Below, piece by piece: positions 59,810-64,000 of a stretch of DNA of 64,000 bases; within the stretch, counting starts at the first letter, position 1, and every line of letters starts with the position of its first letter. The notes beneath the pieces were generated by a model. That model did no database searches. It was not told the DNA's origin and saw only the letters and a list, made by a program, of their open reading frames with translations. Made by a program: the position numbers and the translations under genes. This DNA is from a virus: positions 28,148-92,147 of IMG/VR virus record IMGVR_UViG_3300032331_001791; one strand, written 5' to 3'.

Positions 59810-59840
59810 GTTTCAAAGCCTACATACTTCGGAGGCTATC

Positions 59841-60227
59841 ATGGGAGAACATATCTTTTCTTTAATTAAAAAGTTTGGGATTACGACCGTTGATGTAGGC
59901 TATGCTAAGTATAAATTAGTGGTTACCAAAGAGATTCCTGAAAATGGAGTTTATGGGTACACTAACCCCGGTACATACATAATTTATCTTAATGAAGATA
60001 TGGAAAATGGGCCAGCAAGGGAAACTTTGCTCCATGAGATCACCCATGCTATGTTTGAATTGACTGGCTTCACTTCAGACAACCATGAAACCAGATTTAA
60101 AGAGACCAACGAAGATTTAACTTTAAAGGTAAGCAGAGGCTATATGCTTCTGATAAATTTAAATCCTGTTTTAATGAACCTTTTAATTACGAGCGGACAA
60201 GCCCAACCCACTCAATTAAAAGTTTAA
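59841..60227 (+). CDS. HExxH zinc metallopeptidase-like protein
   Basis: YGY...I.L....ETLLHEITHA...E; GGAGG SD. Confidence 0.75.
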   Translation: MGEHIFSLIKKFGITTVDVGYAKYKLVVTKEIPENGVYGYTNPGTYIIYLNEDMENGPARETLLHEITHAMFELTGFTSDNHETRFKETNEDLTLKVSRGYMLLINLNPVLMNLLITSGQAQPTQLKV

Positions 60228-60245
60228 TTTTTTCCAAAAACCATG

Positions 60246-60281
60246 TTGACCAGCCCGATTTAGTAGGCTATACTACCTACC
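60246..60281 (+). promoter_or_regulatory. Leaderless sigma70-type promoter
   Basis: TTGACC-17-TATACT-7-ATG. Confidence 0.8.
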
Positions 60282-60635
60282 ATGAAAATCGCCAACGGAT
60301 ACCAAATTAAACCCGGGGCTAACTTGCGGGGGGCTAACCTTCGGAATGCTGACCTTAGGGATGTTAACCTTAACTACGCTAACCTTTCTCATGCCGACCT
60401 CAAGGGTTCTAACCTTCACGGTGCTGACCTTTATCATGCTGACCTTTATCATGCTGATCTTGATGGTGCAGACCTTCAGAATGCTTTTCTTCATGGTGCT
60501 AACCTTTCTCATGCTGACCTTCGAGGGGCTGACCTTCGAGGTGCTGACCTCAGAGAAGCTAACCTTGAGGGAGCTAATCTTGAGGGTGCAGTTATTTCTA
60601 CTGGATGGATAATCACGAAAAATCCCTTGACCTGA
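60282..60635 (+). CDS. Pentapeptide repeat protein
   Basis: About 19 A(D/N)Lxx repeats. Confidence 0.95.
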   Translation: MKIANGYQIKPGANLRGANLRNADLRDVNLNYANLSHADLKGSNLHGADLYHADLYHADLDGADLQNAFLHGANLSHADLRGADLRGADLREANLEGANLEGAVISTGWIITKNPLT

Positions 60636-60663
60636 CCCCCCCTGCTAGGCTATACTACCTACC
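60627..60663 (+). promoter_or_regulatory. Leaderless sigma70-type promoter (duplicate of 60246)
   Basis: TTGACC-18-TATACT-7-ATG. Confidence 0.8.
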
Positions 60664-60981
60664 ATGAGCACTCAACCCGAGCATAACTACAAGGACTACG
60701 ACCAGTTCGAGGCCAAGTACAAGCCCCATATGATCGCCCCCGGTCTTGTGAGGGAGTATTACTGGTACAATGCCGAAGACTGGGAGGAGATCAAGAAGGC
60801 CGATCCTCGCTGCGTCTGGACGATGGTAGAGGGGGATGAGGAGGTCTGTGATCCTGATGATCCCGAATACAGCAGCAACCCTTGGATCGTTATCAATGGA
60901 TTCCATTATGTCAACAGGATCTTCTATATTTTGACTGAGGTTCCTTGGACTGACGAAGAAGAATACCTTTACCAATCTTAA
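60664..60981 (+). CDS. Acidic phage hypothetical protein
   Basis: VWT.V.G......I.NGFHYVNR..Y..TE.PW. Confidence 0.65.
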   Translation: MSTQPEHNYKDYDQFEAKYKPHMIAPGLVREYYWYNAEDWEEIKKADPRCVWTMVEGDEEVCDPDDPEYSSNPWIVINGFHYVNRIFYILTEVPWTDEEEYLYQS

Positions 60982-60983
60982 CT

Positions 60984-61262
60984 TTGGAATTGATTCAGGA
61001 GATTAAAATGCAGACTAAAAAGATAAAAGAGTTTGTGGAAATAGATATGGCGACATTGGAGACAGTAATTGAATGCCCAACCTGTAGACAAAGGGAATGG
61101 TTCCAACCCGAAGTATTCTATACAGAACTAGACAACTTCTGTGAGGAGTACGGATTTAATGTTAATCTAAAGGAAGACTATAAGATTTCCAAAGCTGTAG
61201 TCGTTAGACACTTAATGACAAAGGCTGGACATTCATTAGTTCAAAAGTGCCATCAGGATTAA
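60984..61262 (+). CDS. Hypothetical protein with CPTC motif
   Basis: AGGAG SD before internal ATG 61008. Confidence 0.5.
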   Translation: MELIQEIKMQTKKIKEFVEIDMATLETVIECPTCRQREWFQPEVFYTELDNFCEEYGFNVNLKEDYKISKAVVVRHLMTKAGHSLVQKCHQD

Positions 61263-61280
61263 AAAGTTAATAGAGGAAGA

Positions 61281-61535
61281 ATGAACATAGAAACAAACTC
61301 AGCTATTCCACATAATAAAATTACTGACCTAAATATATCAAAGTTAATATTATGTCTTGAGTCCATAAAAAGTAAATATGGCGACTTACCAATATGGATA
61401 ATGACTGTAAACGAAGAGAATAAAAAAGAAATTAAAGAGCTTACAAATCTATCTTGCTTTGAAAAAGATGGTTTAAAAGTAATATGCTTGTTGTCTGAAA
61501 ATCCTGAATCTGTATTATTTATAAGACCACAATGA
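61281..61535 (+). CDS. Hypothetical protein
   Basis: GAGG SD; KYGDLP motif. Confidence 0.5.
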   Translation: MNIETNSAIPHNKITDLNISKLILCLESIKSKYGDLPIWIMTVNEENKKEIKELTNLSCFEKDGLKVICLLSENPESVLFIRPQ

Positions 61536-61819
61536 ATAAGTCTTTCTGTGATGATTGCGCCCAAGAGTTCGATACCAGAAATATGATTCCAGTAGAAGAA
61601 CTTAAATGGAATGTAACGAGTGCAAACATGAGAGAGTCTGCTACCCTCTGTACTCAATGCTACAATAAGCATGAAAGCAGAACCTATACCTATAATCATC
61701 CCACAGGAGATATTGTATTCCAAAGCTGGGATCACTACAATAGGTGGTACATCTACGAAGGTAAAAATAAAACAAAGAATACAAAGACTAAGGTAACAGA
61801 TACCAAAAAGTCAAAGTAA
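61532..61819 (+). CDS. Small Zn-finger-like protein
   Basis: CDDC...CTQC. Confidence 0.5.
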   Translation: MNKSFCDDCAQEFDTRNMIPVEELKWNVTSANMRESATLCTQCYNKHESRTYTYNHPTGDIVFQSWDHYNRWYIYEGKNKTKNTKTKVTDTKKSK

Positions 61820-61952
61820 GAGTTTAAAGTAAATAAAACCCATGTGAATAAAACTTGTTTTTTATTCACACCACATACCAAAAAGTCAAGGTTATGTGGG
61901 AACAGGTGGGAGATGGTGGGGGGAGGTGGATATATAAGTACCAAAAAGTCAA
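61801..61952. repeat. Three direct copies of TACCAAAAAGTCAA
   Basis: Copies at about 61801, 61877 and 61939; related copies at about 55633 and 55657. Confidence 0.85.
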
Positions 61953-62096
61953 GCTTTATATGGTATCTTGGTTCAATCTTGTTCAATCTTGATTTGAATT
62001 TGGTTTTTGCTTTAGCCCCACTCAAAACATATTTCTCAAAAAACTCCAAAAAACATCTAAAATCCCGAATATGGAATGAATTCTAAGCAAGATTTG

Positions 62097-62356
62097 AACT
62101 TGTAAGAACTATTTACAAGTTTCCCAATCTCCGAAATAGGAGATAATAGGAAATCATATAGAATCTAGAAATAGATTTTGTATGATTTATATCCATTTAT
62201 ACGCACTAGTTCGTAGATGCTTATACGCACTTTGGTGAATGAAACATAACCAAAATAATACGAACTAGTGCGTAGGAATTTCTCTCACCCCCAAGTTTTC
62301 AAATAAAACCACAATAGGTTGTGTTCTAAAATCAGACCCCCAATCCCTTGTGGTGA
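62097..62356. other. Non-coding multi-hairpin region at the strand-convergence point
   Basis: At least five inverted repeats, including a 16-bp perfect pair. Confidence 0.65.
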
Positions 62357-62428
62357 GCCGAAATCTAGCATACCCCCTCCAAACCGCAAGGGGTTTTTTG
62401 GGATTTTTTTGGAAAAGCTTGGAGAAGT

Positions 62429-62507
62429 GTAAACCCTTGTCAAATAAGGGGTTAGGTTTATGGGGCCCCCCGGACTTGACGCAAGTCCTTTGTTTTCAAG
62501 CACTTAC
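62429..62507. repeat. Two imperfect palindromic 27-bp sites flanking GGGGCCCC
   Basis: GTAAACCCTT-GTCAAAT-AAGGGGTTAG and GCAAGTCCTT-TGTTTTC-AAGCACTTAC. Confidence 0.7.
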
Positions 62508-62520
62508 GCCACCGCGAGCC

Positions 62521-63204
62521 TCAATGCTGAATAAATCGAATAGGTTGGGAAATATTCTTATTCCAACACAATCCACAATCTGCACAAGATTCAGTCTTTC
62601 CAAGCTGTTCGGGGCAAGTAATCGAATCTCCCTCTTCCTCGAAAACATTAGCTGAATAGATACCATTCTCGGGGAAGGATTCATTGCTATTGGAGAATCG
62701 AATCAGACACCGATTTGGGAAAAGTCTATTAGCATGACTAATATCTCGCCCAATATTGGTATCATACTTATGCGCCGTGTATCCCCAAACATAAAGATTA
62801 GGATACATAATCAAATGGCGAATCCAAAATTCTGTATATTCGACAGAAAAGAAATCCCCAAGCACATGGAGACGAATAGCCACTTTCTGATAAGTAGCAC
62901 ACAGTCCATCAATCTCTTTTGCCAGTCTAGCCATCAATTCACTATTAGGCATTGCCATACGGTGAGCGAATGGCATATTATTCCCATAGCACTTCTCCCA
63001 CATCGCACAATAGGCGGGGCAAGTATTCCGCTCCTCCAGCGTCAAAGTATAAATAATTGCACCCTTCCACGGGCCTTTCCTAATCTTCTTTCCCAGCTTC
63101 TTATTGGTACTAGGCTTCAGGACGCTATGAGTATAGTCCGAGCCCTTGAGGGATTGAAGATAGACCGTGCGCCCACTCTCGATTGCTTCGCTAGTCTTGC
63201 TCAT
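62521..63204 (-). CDS. GP88-like Cys-rich protein
   Basis: N.KLG, TCP..C....CY, RLHVLGDF, WGYT, CPEQ....C..CGLCW. Confidence 0.75.
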   Translation of the reverse strand: MSKTSEAIESGRTVYLQSLKGSDYTHSVLKPSTNKKLGKKIRKGPWKGAIIYTLTLEERNTCPAYCAMWEKCYGNNMPFAHRMAMPNSELMARLAKEIDGLCATYQKVAIRLHVLGDFFSVEYTEFWIRHLIMYPNLYVWGYTAHKYDTNIGRDISHANRLFPNRCLIRFSNSNESFPENGIYSANVFEEEGDSITCPEQLGKTESCADCGLCWNKNISQPIRFIQH

Positions 63205-63239
63205 GCCCTAAGTATCGGCTATCCAACAAGAAAACACAA
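63205..63239 (-). promoter_or_regulatory. Leaderless promoter of the GP88-like gene
   Basis: Minus strand TTGTGT-17-GATACT-6-ATG. Confidence 0.6.
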
Positions 63240-63258
63240 GAAAAAAATGGGAAAAGTT

Positions 63259-63301
63259 GTAACCCCTTGCAAATAAAGGACTTGCGTCGAGTGGGGCCCC
63301 C
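63259..63301. repeat. Third 27-bp palindromic site plus GGGGCCCC
   Basis: GTAACCCCTT-GCAAATA-AAGGACTTGC-GTC. Confidence 0.7.
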
Positions 63302-63420
63302 GCGGATGCCATTTTGGCAGGAATAGTGCAAAAGAAAACCCCTAATATTCGCACGAGCCCCATCTAGACTTGCGCGAATATTAGGGGAAGGGGAGGGCCA
63401 ACGACAACCCTCCCCCAGTT

Positions 63421-64000
63421 TCACTTCACCGAATATTCGGTGAAAGTGGCCTCGGCCAGAGCCCAAAGCTCTTGATTGATTCGCAGATTCTCGCGGATGT
63501 TGTTGACCGTGCGCGTCTTACGCTTGCTGCGATCATATCCACCGCGCAGGATGTTTTCTTGGGCGACATTGAAAGTAGTCCAGAGATCGTTTCCGCTGTC
63601 TGCCGTGCGGACAGGTTGGAGAATGTGGACGGGATCAGGAATGATATCTTCCGGCTTGTTCCAGCGAATGCGTGCCGCCTTAGTTGCGAATGCGTTACGC
63701 TGTTCCGAATCGAGTGACAATTGCGCCCATGCCGTCACCTTCCCGCTCATGCCTTCCATCGAATCGGTGAGTTGGGAAATGTGGGATTGCGCGTCCTCAA
63801 TCGAAAACTTGGTGTGCCGCTGCCGGAACTCACCAACCGATCCCCGCGAGACGATCAGGCCATTGGTGCAGATCAGGGCGTAGAGGCCCGCAAACACCGA
63901 AATGGGGCTAGTGCCGTTGTGGGAGTTGATGATATGCAGCCGAGGGTAAATCAGGCCGCTACGGGGATCCTGAATGGCCGTCTGGATGCGCGCTTGGAAC
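63421..64000 (-). CDS. DUF932-family protein, 5'-truncated
   Basis: Frame is open to the window end; P....INSHNGTS...GLY..ICTNGL; R..D..NDLW.TFN.AQEN..RGG; N..LW.LA. Confidence 0.88.
   Translation of the reverse strand, partial: FQARIQTAIQDPRSGLIYPRLHIINSHNGTSPISVFAGLYALICTNGLIVSRGSVGEFRQRHTKFSIEDAQSHISQLTDSMEGMSGKVTAWAQLSLDSEQRNAFATKAARIRWNKPEDIIPDPVHILQPVRTADSGNDLWTTFNVAQENILRGGYDRSKRKTRTVNNIRENLRINQELWALAEATFTEYSVK

Noticed and set aside
60282-60635. DNA repeat element or diversity-generating retroelement target
   Set aside because: The 15-nt periodicity is explained by pentapeptide coding; no reverse transcriptase or template repeat seen
61801-61952. Mini CRISPR array
   Set aside because: Repeat is only 14 bp and non-palindromic, spacer lengths differ (about 62 and 48 nt), and no cas genes are present
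61753-62684. ORFs 61753..62049(-), 61844..62086, 62285..62503(-), 62350..62655, 62496..62684(-)
   Set aside because: Composition is dictated by repeats and hairpins (for example repeated DFLV); no credible starts

Overview
A 64-kb segment of a large, AT-rich, T4-like contractile-tailed phage genome; no integrase or host housekeeping genes are visible. From left to right: (i) virion module (fibre/baseplate-like proteins, PAAR, gp21 protease, gp22, gp23 capsid, gp13/14/15, gp18 sheath, gp19 tube) interleaved with basic proteins carrying putative prohead-protease (I/L/V)xE sites; (ii) replication module (Holliday junction resolvase, gp55-like sigma, a family-A DNA polymerase split over three ORFs, ThyX, gp47/46, class II RNR, helicase, UvsY, SSB); (iii) a 10-gene glycan biosynthesis cluster flanked by exported proteins, one resembling a Planctomycetota surface-protein C-terminal domain (host clue); (iv) RecA, HNH, a single-ring Clp ATPase, six tRNAs (including Ile-UAU) with an unexplained structured RNA and an HNH gene whose 3' end is encoded by tRNA-Gly; (v) small accessory genes with leaderless sigma70-type promoters; (vi) a strand-convergence zone rich in hairpins and repeats, then a GC-richer minus-strand region with recombinase- or operator-like palindromic sites. 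Family assignments come from recognised motifs and synteny, not from database searches.
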